The translations under genes were made by a program, and so were the position numbers. The notes beneath the pieces are model-generated. The model made no database searches. It was not told the origin of the DNA and saw only the letters and a program-made list of their open reading frames with translations. Shown in pieces: positions 11,118 through 20,389 of a stretch of DNA of 64,000 nucleotides; within the stretch, counting starts at the first letter, position 1, and each line of letters starts with the position of its first letter. The stretch is taken from contig OZ250138.1 in NCBI GenBank assembly GCA_965237465.1, forward strand, positions 1,814,643 through 1,878,642, read 5' to 3'. The stretch is from Dehalococcoidia bacterium. Its GTDB lineage: Bacteria > Chloroflexota > Dehalococcoidia > UBA6926.

Positions 11118-11896
11118 TCAGAGCGCCTGCTCCGCATAGCGGTACAGGCGAGGGAGGGCGCCCTGCCGGAGTCTGAACTTTGTCCCGTGGTTGTGCCCTG
11201 TTCGCGCGTCGAAATCGATGTAAACATCGCCGGACTCCATCGCTGAGATGAATCCCTCTATATTGAATCCCTGCAAGGTGTAGACGGAGTAAATGCGGAA
11301 CTGTTCCGATCCCCGCTTCTTCTCCGAGTCAACCTCGACATAAACGGTGTTCAACATCTTCGATGAGACCTTAAGCTCTAAGTCCTGCAATGGCCAATAC
11401 GGTTGAGGGTCGAGCGCCCCGTGGCCCACGCGCTGTGCGACCGTCTCGAGCCAGTCAGCGTGTCGCGCTTCCACAAGACCCGCCTCGAATTGAACGGCGA
11501 TACGCTGACTGGCGCGGTCCACGATAATTCGAAAACCCCCCGGTCAGACCAATTCGTTGCGCGGATCGTTTGGCGGAAGCTCATCTCGCCCTGCCACCCT
11601 TCCGCCGGCCAACCGTAGTGAGGCAACAGAAGCCGCGGGATGATGCGGGCGGGTCGGGGATGCGGTTCGGCGTGTAAGAGCGTGATCAAGCTTGAACTGC
11701 CACGCCGGTGACTCTTGAGCTCCCATTGGGACGTATCGGCTATGGGGAGATTGTTGTCAGGGAATCCGAGGAGCTGTTCGATAGTGTTGCCGACGCCGCC
11801 CGCGCTGCGTGGCCGCACACTATCTATCCATCCTCGCGCCTTAATCTCCCGGAGGAGTTCGATCAATTGCTCGCGGCTTATCCGGCGCTGGACCAC
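11118..11896 (-). pseudogene. MvaI/BcnI-family type II restriction endonuclease, frameshifted
   Basis: Two overlapping minus-strand ORFs (11378-11896 and 11118-11522) together cover an MvaI/BcnI-like protein. The N-terminal part is SREQLIELLREIKARGW..GGVGNTIEQLLG..DNN...D...WELKS. The C-terminal part is EQFRIYSVYTL...GDVYIDFDARTGHNHGTKFRL. The frames switch inside a run of 6 C (plus strand) at 11536-11541. Confidence 0.8.
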
Positions 11897-11914
11897 CTTG
11901 CGTCCTCTGCTGTC

Positions 11915-12808
11915 CTAAAGCGGCTTGCGGAAATCCAGGATGTACTCGAACGTCGTGCCCATTGTGATGTAGTTGCGCGGCCATCCAAAGATGCCGACTC
12001 GATTAACTATGTTCGTTCTGTCCCAAATGATCGTATTGCGGAACTGATAACCGGCGCGCCGAAGAGCTTCGATGATGGAAACGTGGATCGTTATTCGCTG
12101 ATCCTCCCACCACATATCCGGCACGTTGATGACACAGTGCGCGCCTGGCCGAAGTAGCGGCAAGATATTGCAGAAGATGGCCTCCATCTCTTGCTCGTAT
12201 TCAGCGATTGCGAGAGTACCCAGATCCCGCGGGTCCTGCGAGTACTGTTCAACTTGCTGGAACTGATCGTTCTTCCGCGAGCGTCGGCTCTTGTTTAGCC
12301 TTGGCCGGTTCAGCAGATTTGCGTATGGAGGCGACGTAAATATTAGTGCCACCCGCTCATCTTGCAAGTGACGGTTAATGTCTCTCGCATCCTCCTGAAA
12401 GGCGGTCTGGTAAGGCGATTCGGCGCTGTTCATGCCAAGGCGACTCTTGCTGAGAGAGATATATTCGTCAGAAAGGTCAAAACCAAGGGCGTTTCGCCCA
12501 GTGTCTTGCGCCGCCACCAATGTCGTGCCGCTGCCCACAAATGGGTCGAGAACCAGCTCGCCAGTGTGCGTAAAGAGTTCAATAACGCGGGTGGCCAGGG
12601 AAATCGGGAATGTAGCGGGGTGGACCTTTTTATCGCGGATGTCGCGACCATTGTAGTTGAACCGCCAGACCCCCAGTTGATTCTTTAGCCATTCCTTGGC
12701 AGTCAGACAGTTAAGGTGATTTGTGGGACAGTCGCACGTGCGTTGTCCGCTGATGTCGAGGTAGCTGTCTGGTTGAACCGTCTCGGGAGCTCTGGTAACG
12801 GTCGCCAT
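11915..12808 (-). CDS. Site-specific DNA methyltransferase, probably N4-cytosine (SPPY motif)
   Basis: The internal ATG at 12808 (MATVTRAP...) is preferred. It has the SAM-binding motif VLDPFVGSGTT and the catalytic motif IFTSPPYANL. It lies 19 bp upstream (in its own orientation) of the MvaI/BcnI-like ORF, and its GC content looks lower than that of its neighbours. Confidence 0.85.
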   Translation of the reverse strand: MATVTRAPETVQPDSYLDISGQRTCDCPTNHLNCLTAKEWLKNQLGVWRFNYNGRDIRDKKVHPATFPISLATRVIELFTHTGELVLDPFVGSGTTLVAAQDTGRNALGFDLSDEYISLSKSRLGMNSAESPYQTAFQEDARDINRHLQDERVALIFTSPPYANLLNRPRLNKSRRSRKNDQFQQVEQYSQDPRDLGTLAIAEYEQEMEAIFCNILPLLRPGAHCVINVPDMWWEDQRITIHVSIIEALRRAGYQFRNTIIWDRTNIVNRVGIFGWPRNYITMGTTFEYILDFRKPL

Positions 12809-12886
12809 ATCCGTACCTACCTCTCTCTCAATTCCATCGTCAATGTAGCAGACGCAACCGCGCTGCGGCCACCCGGCGCATAGCAG

Positions 12887-12898
12887 GAACGCACGTTC
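12887..12898. promoter_or_regulatory. GAAC-N4-GTTC palindrome (weak LexA-box-like candidate) in the methyltransferase/nifS divergent intergenic region
   Basis: Sequence GAACGCACGTTC, about 80 bp upstream of the methyltransferase start. One such core match is expected by chance in a window this size. Confidence 0.25.
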
Positions 12899-13012
12899 TA
12901 TAACATACACGATACAGCATCCCGCCCGCATCCCTTTTCAACCTATAATGGGCGCGCAGCCAACCAGTTTGAGCGGGCGCGCCTTCTTGCGTACGCCTGG
13001 TGGGGCGGGAGT

Positions 13013-14209
13013 GTGATGACTATCTATCTTGATCACGCGGCCACGACGCCTGTTGATTCGCGGGTCGTGGAGGCTATGCTGCCTTTCTTTTCGGGCGCCT
13101 ATGGCAACCCTTCGAGCATCTACGGACTGGGACAGGATGCCGCGAGGGCCATTGATACGGCGCGTGACCAGGTCGCGGCGGCGCTCAACGCGCGTAACGC
13201 AGACATTGTGTTCACGGGCGGGGGCACCGATTCGGACAACATTGCCCTGCGCGGCGCAGCCTATGCTCTCCGTTCGATTGGCAATCACATCATCACGACG
13301 GCCATTGAGCACCATGCCATCATCCATACCTGTGAATGGCTTGAGCGCTTTGCTGGATTTGATGTCACGTATCTCAAGCCGGACGGAGAAGGCGCGGTTA
13401 CGATCCAACAAGTGGCGGAAGCAATCACGCCGGCGACGACGCTTGTGTCCGTAATGTATGCAAACAACGAGACGGGAACAATCCAGCCGATAGCGGACAT
13501 CGGCGCGATTGTCCGCGATGCTGAGAAGGCCCACGGACATCGGATTGTTTTTCACACCGACGCCGTTCAGGCCGCCGGCTGGCTGGACCTGGACGTGCAG
13601 GCGCTTGGCGTGGACATGCTCAGCCTCTCAGCCCACAAGTTTCACGGGCCGAAGGGCGTAGGCGTCCTGTTTCTTGATCGCGACGCCCCGTTTCACGCGC
13701 AGACGATGGGAGGCAGCCAAGAGCGCAACCGACGCGCCGGAACAGAGAACACGGCGGGAATCGTCGGGGCGGGCTATGCGCTTCATCTGGCTGAACAGGG
13801 GCGAGCTGAAGTCACGCCTCGCGTGGCCGGACTCGCCGAGCAACTTTGCGAGGGCATCCTGACCCGCATCCCCGGTGCGGCGATCAACGGCCCGCCAATC
13901 GGCAACCAACGCCGCCTGATCAACAACGTGAACGTCTCATTCTCCGGCGTGGAGATTGAATCCGTCCTCATCAACCTTGATCTTGCGGGCATTGCCGTCT
14001 CATCCGGCAGCGCCTGCACGTCCGGATCAATTGACCCCTCGCACGTCCTCGCCGCAATGGGCAAGTCAGGCGAGATGGCCCGAAACAGCCTTCGGCTTAC
14101 CCTGGGACGCGACAACACGGAACAGGAAATAGATCGCGTGCTGGACGTCCTGCCAGACATCATTGCTCGGGTGCGCGCCCTCAACGCTCGTTCAGGACGC
14201 GGCCAATAG
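13013..14209 (+). CDS. Cysteine desulfurase (NifS/IscS class V aminotransferase)
   Basis: 398-aa ORF with the PLP-lysine motif SLSAHKFHGPKG and the catalytic-Cys loop SSGSACTSG. Confidence 0.9.
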   Translation: MMTIYLDHAATTPVDSRVVEAMLPFFSGAYGNPSSIYGLGQDAARAIDTARDQVAAALNARNADIVFTGGGTDSDNIALRGAAYALRSIGNHIITTAIEHHAIIHTCEWLERFAGFDVTYLKPDGEGAVTIQQVAEAITPATTLVSVMYANNETGTIQPIADIGAIVRDAEKAHGHRIVFHTDAVQAAGWLDLDVQALGVDMLSLSAHKFHGPKGVGVLFLDRDAPFHAQTMGGSQERNRRAGTENTAGIVGAGYALHLAEQGRAEVTPRVAGLAEQLCEGILTRIPGAAINGPPIGNQRRLINNVNVSFSGVEIESVLINLDLAGIAVSSGSACTSGSIDPSHVLAAMGKSGEMARNSLRLTLGRDNTEQEIDRVLDVLPDIIARVRALNARSGRGQ

Positions 14210-14265
14210 GGCCGCCGAGCCCAGGATTGCCCTCGCAGGGGGCGCCGCGCCGCCGCAAGCTCTCC

Positions 14266-14940
14266 CTAAAGTGATTCGGCCTGCATCGAAAGGCGGATGA
14301 TCTGGTCAATAACCTGGTCTACGCTCAGGGTGTCCGTGATCACGCGATGCGAGCCATCCGTCGGCCTCAAGGGTGAGTCGGCTCTTTCCGCGTCGCGTCG
14401 ATCGCGATCTTGCAGGGCAGCTAGCACCGTTGGGTAGTCGGACTCTATTCCCTGACGCTGTTCGTCTTGCTGCCGCCGCAACGCCCGCGCCTCCGCGGAG
14501 GCGTCAAGAAAAATCTTGATCGGAGCGTCCGGCAACACAACAGTGCAAATGTCTCGCCCAACCATGACGATGCGCCCGGCCGCCTCGTTCGCCATGGCAC
14601 GCTGTTGCGAGACCAGCGCCCGCCGGACTCCCGAATACGCGGCGACGCGGGACGCCATCATTGATGCGTCCGGCGTGTGGACTCGATCCCCTATGTCTTC
14701 GCCGTCCACCGTGATGCGGGCGTCGTCGATGTCCATCCGCGTCCCTGTCGCAATGCTCGTGAGGGCGTCTTCGTCTTCCGCCGATAGGCCCGCCCGAAGA
14801 CCCAGGAAGCCGACGGCGCGGTACATGAGGCCCGTGTCAACGAATGTCCAGCCGAGTCTCTGGGCGACGCCGCGCCCCACGGTCGACTTTCCGGACGCGA
14901 CAGGCCCGTCAAGCGCAATTGGGCCGCGCGCGGCAGGCAT
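14266..14940 (-). CDS. cmk: Cytidylate kinase
   Basis: P-loop IALDGPVASGKST, plus the TGLMYRAV and VMVGRDI motifs. The internal ATG at 14940 is preferred. Confidence 0.9.
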   Translation of the reverse strand: MPAARGPIALDGPVASGKSTVGRGVAQRLGWTFVDTGLMYRAVGFLGLRAGLSAEDEDALTSIATGTRMDIDDARITVDGEDIGDRVHTPDASMMASRVAAYSGVRRALVSQQRAMANEAAGRIVMVGRDICTVVLPDAPIKIFLDASAEARALRRQQDEQRQGIESDYPTVLAALQDRDRRDAERADSPLRPTDGSHRVITDTLSVDQVIDQIIRLSMQAESL

Positions 14941-15030
14941 ATCCCTGGCCTCCCTGGTCATGTGGAGGCGGCCCACAAGTCATCATGGCGACGGGTCTGC
15001 TCCCGGCCCGATGCTATATTGTGAGCAATT

Positions 15031-15528
15031 ATGAACTGGTTTGACTTCGTCATCCTGGGATTCATGGCCGTCCCGATGGCGCTCGGTTTTCGGATCGGTC
15101 TGATCCGGGCGCTATCTACCCTGGCTGCCGTTGTCGTGGGCGTATTCCTTGCCACGCGGTTCTGGAGGCAGGCCTCTGACTTTGTCGGCGCCGTGATCAC
15201 TGATGAAAATATCGCTGGCATTGCCGCATTCATCCTGATTATGGTTGGAACGATCCTGGCGGCGTGGGCGGCTGCCGCCTTTGTTCGTCGCGTTGTCAGC
15301 ATGCTCCTGCTGGGCTGGGTGGACAAGCTGGGCGGCGTCGCTTTTGGGGCCTTGGTGGGGGCATTGGTCGTCTCGGCCATCATCTGGGCGCTGGAGTCAT
15401 ATAGCATCCCGGGCCTTGAAAGCGCGATGAAAGAATCAGTTCTGCATCCCGCCTTCAGCCTCTTCGTGACAATCCTGCATAAATTCTCCGGCGAGGTAGA
15501 TATCGCACGCGCCATTACTGGTGGATAA
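15031..15528 (+). CDS. CvpA-family membrane protein
   Basis: 165-aa ORF with 4 TM segments and the N-terminal MNWFDFVILG pattern typical of the colicin V production protein family. Confidence 0.7.
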   Translation: MNWFDFVILGFMAVPMALGFRIGLIRALSTLAAVVVGVFLATRFWRQASDFVGAVITDENIAGIAAFILIMVGTILAAWAAAAFVRRVVSMLLLGWVDKLGGVAFGALVGALVVSAIIWALESYSIPGLESAMKESVLHPAFSLFVTILHKFSGEVDIARAITGG

Positions 15529-15530
15529 TA

Positions 15531-16166
15531 ATGGGCGCAGACACTATTGGGGCGCGGACGAGAGAAATGGAAACTCACACTGGGGGATCAAAGGCGCGGC
15601 ACGATGTCGTTCGTGTCTTGAACTCCGCTGTGCTTGTGCTTAACGGGAACTTTGAGCCTCTGAACGTCACCAGAGTCAGGCGCGCCCTGCTCCTCCTCAT
15701 TCGCGGCAAGGCGGAGATGATTGAGAACGGTCGCGGACACCTTCAAGCCGCAACGACATCGCTTGAGGTCCCCTCCGTGATTCGGCTGGCCACGTATGTA
15801 CGACGCCCGCCCCCACCACAGCGCCTCACTCGACGCGAGGTGTTCACGCGGGATCGCAACCTTTGTCAGTATTGCGGCAAACCCGCCAAGGATCTCACGC
15901 TTGACCACGTCGTGCCGCGGCATCGAGGCGGCAAGAACACGTGGGACAACATTGTGGCGGCTTGTGTGCGTTGCAACCATCGAAAGGCGGGGCGCACGCC
16001 TCAGGAGGCTGGCATGAATCTGCTCAGCGTCCCGGCCCTGCCGCGCCCGAATCCCTATCACCCGTTCTATCGATTCCTTGGCGCCAATGAGAGCTGGCGC
16101 AAGTTCTTTCCTGAGCCGCGACGGGAGTCGCGAGCCCAATCCGGCGGCGATTTCGATACGCCATGA
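15531..16166 (+). CDS. HNH endonuclease
   Basis: HNH/zinc motif CQYCG...LTLDHVVPRHRGGKNTWDNIVAACVRCNHRK. The start is uncertain (alternative ATG at 15567). Confidence 0.8.
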   Translation: MGADTIGARTREMETHTGGSKARHDVVRVLNSAVLVLNGNFEPLNVTRVRRALLLLIRGKAEMIENGRGHLQAATTSLEVPSVIRLATYVRRPPPPQRLTRREVFTRDRNLCQYCGKPAKDLTLDHVVPRHRGGKNTWDNIVAACVRCNHRKAGRTPQEAGMNLLSVPALPRPNPYHPFYRFLGANESWRKFFPEPRRESRAQSGGDFDTP

Positions 16167-16203
16167 GATATTCTCGCTGCATGCGACTCGCACGGGCTGA
16201 CTA

Positions 16204-17415
16204 ATGACCGGCAGCGATGACGTTACACCCGCAGCGCCGGATCCGAGGCTCTCCCGAACCAATCAGAATCTCTGGAACGCCTTCATTGGCCATGCGCGCG
16301 CCAAGCGACTCTACAACTCGTACGCGTCCAAGGCGATGCTGGATGGCTATCCGGAGATCGCAGAGGCCTTCCTGAGGGTCGCGCGCGCTCCTGACTCATT
16401 CCCGGTCAATATCCTTTCGGCGGTGGATGAGCTGAGATCCACGCAGGAGAACCTGCAGTCCGTCGTTCAGAACCACGCCTATGACACGGATACGCTGTAT
16501 CCACAGATGCTTGCGGAGGCGGAGGCAGAGGGCCGCGCGGATGCAATCGATCGCATCAGGCAGGCCATGGAACGGGATCAACATGATCTCCAGATTCTTC
16601 GCAGCGCGCTAGCGACAGAGGGCTGGGAGGGCGGCGGTGCGCGGGTTGCAGAGCCGCCGACAGAGGGCGAATCCGCCGAATTTGTCGACGAGGAGATGGC
16701 GCGGGCGACGGAGGAAATCCTCGGCGCCAGACAGCGCGTTTCCTCAATCGGACGCATCAGAGAAGTTATATTCGGGATGCAGGACGGCCTTATCAGCACC
16801 GCCGTCCTCGTTTCATCCGTGTACGGGGCGACGCAAGACAGCTTCGTCACCATCATCGCCGGTCTTGCCGGGGGCCTCGGGGGCGTCGTTTCCATGGCGA
16901 CGGGCAGCTACCTCTCCTCCCACGCGGAGCGTGAGGTCAAGCTGGCGGAGATCTCCAACGCCTCAAGCGATTTCTATGAGGCGCGGTCCAATGTCCTTGC
17001 GCGGCTTGTCGTGCTGCTTCGCAACGATGGTCTCTCCGAGGAAGCGGCTGTCCTCATTGCGGAGACTCTTGGGCAGAGTGAATCGGCTCTCCTGAACACC
17101 GTCATTGAAAAGGGTCTGGGCCTTTCCGCGGACATTGATACTGTCCCGTGGAAGGACGCCCTGGCCATGGGCACATCGTTCTTTGTGGGCGCGGCGATCC
17201 CAATCGCCCCATATATCTTCCTTCAAGGCGTATTGGCGGTCTGGACATCGCTGTTTGCGACTGGGTTCAGCCTCTTTATCATGGGCGCCGGGAAAACAAG
17301 ATTCACGCGGCGGAACCCTGTCATATCAGGCCTTGAGATTCTGGGCATCGGAATCGCCTCCGCCGTTCTGGGTTACACCCTTGGGTCCGTGATTCCGATG
17401 TTGTTCAACGGGTGA
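16204..17415 (+). CDS. VIT1/CCC1-family iron/manganese transporter with an N-terminal ferritin/rubrerythrin-like domain
   Basis: The C-terminal half has the VIT1 pattern (REVIFGMQDGLISTAVLVSSV plus TM segments). The N-terminal ~140 aa form a rubrerythrin-like four-helix pattern. Confidence 0.75.
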   Translation: MTGSDDVTPAAPDPRLSRTNQNLWNAFIGHARAKRLYNSYASKAMLDGYPEIAEAFLRVARAPDSFPVNILSAVDELRSTQENLQSVVQNHAYDTDTLYPQMLAEAEAEGRADAIDRIRQAMERDQHDLQILRSALATEGWEGGGARVAEPPTEGESAEFVDEEMARATEEILGARQRVSSIGRIREVIFGMQDGLISTAVLVSSVYGATQDSFVTIIAGLAGGLGGVVSMATGSYLSSHAEREVKLAEISNASSDFYEARSNVLARLVVLLRNDGLSEEAAVLIAETLGQSESALLNTVIEKGLGLSADIDTVPWKDALAMGTSFFVGAAIPIAPYIFLQGVLAVWTSLFATGFSLFIMGAGKTRFTRRNPVISGLEILGIGIASAVLGYTLGSVIPMLFNG

Positions 17416-17462
17416 GCCGTTTAAGTCTGTGTCAGAATTGCGCTACACTGCGAGGCGCCGTC

Positions 17463-17468
17463 TATAAT
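17463..17468 (+). promoter_or_regulatory. Candidate -10 box (TATAAT) for the ferredoxin gene
   Basis: Perfect TATAAT about 60 nt upstream of the ATG. The only -35-like hexamer (TTGCGC, 17438-17443) sits at a long 19-nt spacing. An RBS (AAGGAG) precedes the ATG. Confidence 0.35.
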
Positions 17469-17526
17469 GAGTGACGAGGCGGGCAGAAGCCGCCGCAAAG
17501 TCCAGATCGTAAGGAGCTAAACGCGC

Positions 17527-17772
17527 ATGGCCTACATCATTGCAGAGCCCTGCATCGACCTGAAGGACGCTTCCTGCGTGGATGTGTGCCCAGTCGACTG
17601 CATTCACACAACCGACGAGGACAATATGTACTTCATCCACCCGGATGAGTGCATTGACTGCGCGGCGTGCGAGCCAGTGTGCCCAGTGACGGCCATCTTT
17701 GAGGAGAGCGACCTTCCTGAGGAATGGAACGACTTCATTCGCATCAATCGCGAGTGGTTTGATAACCAGTAG
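17527..17772 (+). CDS. fdxA: Ferredoxin (7Fe, FdxA type)
   Basis: 81-aa ORF with cluster motifs [14 protein letters not shown] and [12 protein letters not shown]. Confidence 0.9.
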   Translation: MAYIIAEPCIDLKDASCVDVCPVDCIHTTDEDNMYFIHPDECIDCAACEPVCPVTAIFEESDLPEEWNDFIRINREWFDNQ

Positions 17773-17836
17773 GTCGATCTTCCTGACCGTACTCCAGCGT
17801 CCGCGTTAGCGTCGCAGCACGCGACCCTGGTCGGCA

Positions 17837-18625
17837 TTAGTCCTCAGGCTTCTGTAGGAGCAAGAAATACTCGTGGTTGCCCTTTGGGCCGGTGAGGACT
17901 GATTCCCGAACGCCGAGCACGCCCAGGCCATTGTCGATTGCCCAGAGGGCAATACTTCCGATAGTCCGCGCGCGCGCCGCAGGCGATCTGACGACTCCGC
18001 CGCGGCCAACATCGCTGCGTCCAGACTCAAACTGCGGCTTAATGAGGGCCAGAATGCGCCCCCCCGGCGACAGCGCGTCCATGGCGCTCGGCAGGACCAG
18101 GCGCAGCGAAATGAATGAGACGTCGACTGTGGCAAGATCGGCGCGCTCCTCTATGGGTAGGGGATGACGCGCGTTTCTCCTTTCCATCGCGACAACGCGG
18201 TCATCTGACCGCAGTTTCCACGCCAACTGGCCGTAGCCGACATCAACTGCGTAGACCCGCGCCGCGCCGCGCTGCAAGAGGCAATCCGTAAAGCCGCCCG
18301 TGGACGCGCCGATGTCAATACACACGGCATCACGCGGCGAGACGCCAAAGGAGTCCAGGGCCCCGGCCAGCTTGTTGCCGCCGCGACTGACGTATGCCGG
18401 GCCGGGCGTGATTGATAGCGCGGCGTTGGTGTCCGTCAAGGCCGCCGGCCGCGTTGCGAGGCCATCGTTTACGCGGACGCGTCCGTCCGCGATCATCTCC
18501 TGCGCCGCCTCTCGACTCTGCGCTAGACCGCGCTTGACGAGCAAGGCGTCCAGCCGCGATCGCCCGCGGGGCGGCTTGATGGCTCCGGTTGTTCGGTCGC
18601 TGCCGAGTTTCTCTTGGCGGCGCAT
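17837..18625 (-). CDS. tlyA: TlyA-family rRNA (cytidine-2'-O)-methyltransferase
   Basis: N-terminal S4-like RLDALLVKRGLAQSREAAQEMI, plus an FtsJ-like domain (DIGASTGGFTDCLLQRGA). Confidence 0.9.
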   Translation of the reverse strand: MRRQEKLGSDRTTGAIKPPRGRSRLDALLVKRGLAQSREAAQEMIADGRVRVNDGLATRPAALTDTNAALSITPGPAYVSRGGNKLAGALDSFGVSPRDAVCIDIGASTGGFTDCLLQRGAARVYAVDVGYGQLAWKLRSDDRVVAMERRNARHPLPIEERADLATVDVSFISLRLVLPSAMDALSPGGRILALIKPQFESGRSDVGRGGVVRSPAARARTIGSIALWAIDNGLGVLGVRESVLTGPKGNHEYFLLLQKPED

Positions 18626-18667
18626 GTCTCGCCTACAGTATCATTTGCACATAGGGATGGAGGATTC

Positions 18668-19630
18668 ATGGCCAAAGGCCCGTCGGAGGGATCAGCGGGG
18701 ATAGTGACCTTAACGAGGCGAGGGGGACTCGCATCGTATCCCTTCGCCGTGGCCCGTCTTGTGCGTCCCAAGCAGTGGACCAAGAACGGGCTCCTGCTCC
18801 TTCCGTTCCTCTTCACGCTCAACATCAATTGGGATTTTGGCGATCCCACGGGGGCTTTTGGCCTCCTGGGCTGGGCTGCGCTCGGCGCCGGGGTCTACTG
18901 CATCCTTTCCGGCGCGACGTACATCGTCAACGACATCATTGACGTTGAACGAGATCGCGCTCACCCGACGAAGCGGAATCGCCCTGTGGCGGCGGGCGAC
19001 ATCGGCGTCTCTACCGGCGCCGTCACCGCGGCGGCCCTTCTGGTCATCGGCGTCGGCGGGGCATTCTTGATGAGCGCGCCGATGGGCCTAGTTGCAACCG
19101 GATACGTCGGCCTGACCCTGGCTTATTCACTGCTGCTCAAGAACCTGATGATTGTGGATGTCATCGCCGTCGCGGCGGCGTATGTCATGCGTGTCCTGGC
19201 TGGCGCTGTCGCAATTGATGTGCCGATCTCGCCCTGGCTCTATCTCTGCACGATCCTCGGGGCGCTGTTTATCGCCATCATCAAGCGGCGTGCTGAGGCG
19301 GAACTGATGCAGGAGGACGCGTCAAGTCACCGCGACACCCTCAGCGAGTACACGCCCGGGCTCTTGAACCAGATGATGGCCGTCGTCGCGCCATCCACGG
19401 TCATGGCATACGCCCTCTACACCTTTACGGCGTCAAACCTGCCGGACGAGATGATGCTGACCATACCCTTTGTGATTTACGGCCTATTCCGTTACACGTA
19501 CCTGGCTGATGCGCGCCGAATGGGCGGGGCTCCTGAGCGTGTTCTGCTTGAAGACAAGCCCATGCTCGTGACGGTCATCGCGTGGCTTGCCGCCGTCCTG
19601 GCCATCTTGTGGCTCTTTCCGCGGCCCTGA
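18668..19630 (+). CDS. UbiA-family prenyltransferase (decaprenyl-phosphate phosphoribosyltransferase-like)
   Basis: Multi-TM ORF with the Asp-rich motif NDIIDVERDRAHPTKRNRPVA. The ATG at 18668, preceded by GGAGGA, is preferred over the track start at 18614. Confidence 0.8.
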   Translation: MAKGPSEGSAGIVTLTRRGGLASYPFAVARLVRPKQWTKNGLLLLPFLFTLNINWDFGDPTGAFGLLGWAALGAGVYCILSGATYIVNDIIDVERDRAHPTKRNRPVAAGDIGVSTGAVTAAALLVIGVGGAFLMSAPMGLVATGYVGLTLAYSLLLKNLMIVDVIAVAAAYVMRVLAGAVAIDVPISPWLYLCTILGALFIAIIKRRAEAELMQEDASSHRDTLSEYTPGLLNQMMAVVAPSTVMAYALYTFTASNLPDEMMLTIPFVIYGLFRYTYLADARRMGGAPERVLLEDKPMLVTVIAWLAAVLAILWLFPRP

Positions 19631-19648
19631 CGGGCTGCCATCAGAGGC

Positions 19649-19677
19649 GTGTCGCGAATGTCCCCGGTTCGCGACAC
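19649..19677 (+). terminator. Stem-loop downstream of the UbiA-family gene
   Basis: GTGTCGCGAA - 9-nt loop - TTCGCGACAC (10-bp perfect stem), 19 nt after the stop. No U tract. Confidence 0.45.
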
Positions 19678-19780
19678 GGCGGGTTGAGCGTCCTGCCCCC
19701 GCGTGCGTATGATTGACGGCGCATAGTGATGCCCTGTCGTGGTCTGCTGTGCGGGTTCAGGCGTTGAAAGGGGGTTCGTG

Positions 19781-20389
19781 ATGGCCGCGCCGTCTTCATC
19801 GTATCGCGTCAGTATTCGCTCAGAACCTCCGCAAAAGGGACACGTGTCCCAAACGTGGGTTAGGGACGTGGTTCGACGGGCGCTCAGCGGGGAAGAGGCG
19901 CCGGAAGGCGGGCGCGTCGAGGTGCTTCTCGCCGGAGATGACACTGTGTCAGAGTTGAACGTCCAATTTCTCGGCGAGGACGGAACAACGGATGTCCTGT
20001 CTTTTCCGGCCAACGATGCGGACTATGACGCCGATGCGCCGGATGACGACGCGTGGCCGACGGGCGCAGACCTCGGCGCCGACAATGAAATCGGCCAGCT
20101 GGTCGTTTCCATCCCCCAGGCTGCGAGGCAGGCGGAGGCGACGGGCCTGTCCCTCGCTGATGAGGTTGCCCACCTTCTCGTGCATGGAACTCTGCACCTG
20201 CTCGGCCACGATCATGAGTTGATGGAAGATGAGGCAGCGATGCGCGCCCGCGAGGATGCGTTGCTCATGCAGATTATTGGCCGGCCGGTTCATGGCACGG
20301 AGCCGATGGCCTCCTCCCATGCAACGAACACGGGCGCAGGCCACGGACGCCAGTTCGGAGCCGGGATCGTTACGGGGACTTCCTCATGA
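19781..20389 (+). CDS. ybeY: rRNA maturation endoribonuclease YbeY
   Basis: Zinc motif HLLVHGTLHLLGHDH. It also has an acidic insertion and a C-terminal extension. The stop overlaps the dnaX start (ATGA). Confidence 0.85.
   Translation: MAAPSSSYRVSIRSEPPQKGHVSQTWVRDVVRRALSGEEAPEGGRVEVLLAGDDTVSELNVQFLGEDGTTDVLSFPANDADYDADAPDDDAWPTGADLGADNEIGQLVVSIPQAARQAEATGLSLADEVAHLLVHGTLHLLGHDHELMEDEAAMRAREDALLMQIIGRPVHGTEPMASSHATNTGAGHGRQFGAGIVTGTSS

Noticed and set aside
19631-20385. SRP (4.5S/scRNA) gene upstream of dnaX, as in the Bacillus-type scr-dnaX-ybaB-recR synteny.
   Set aside because: The space upstream of dnaX is occupied by ybeY, whose stop overlaps the dnaX start. No SRP domain IV motif was seen in 19631-19780 or after recR (23181-23372).
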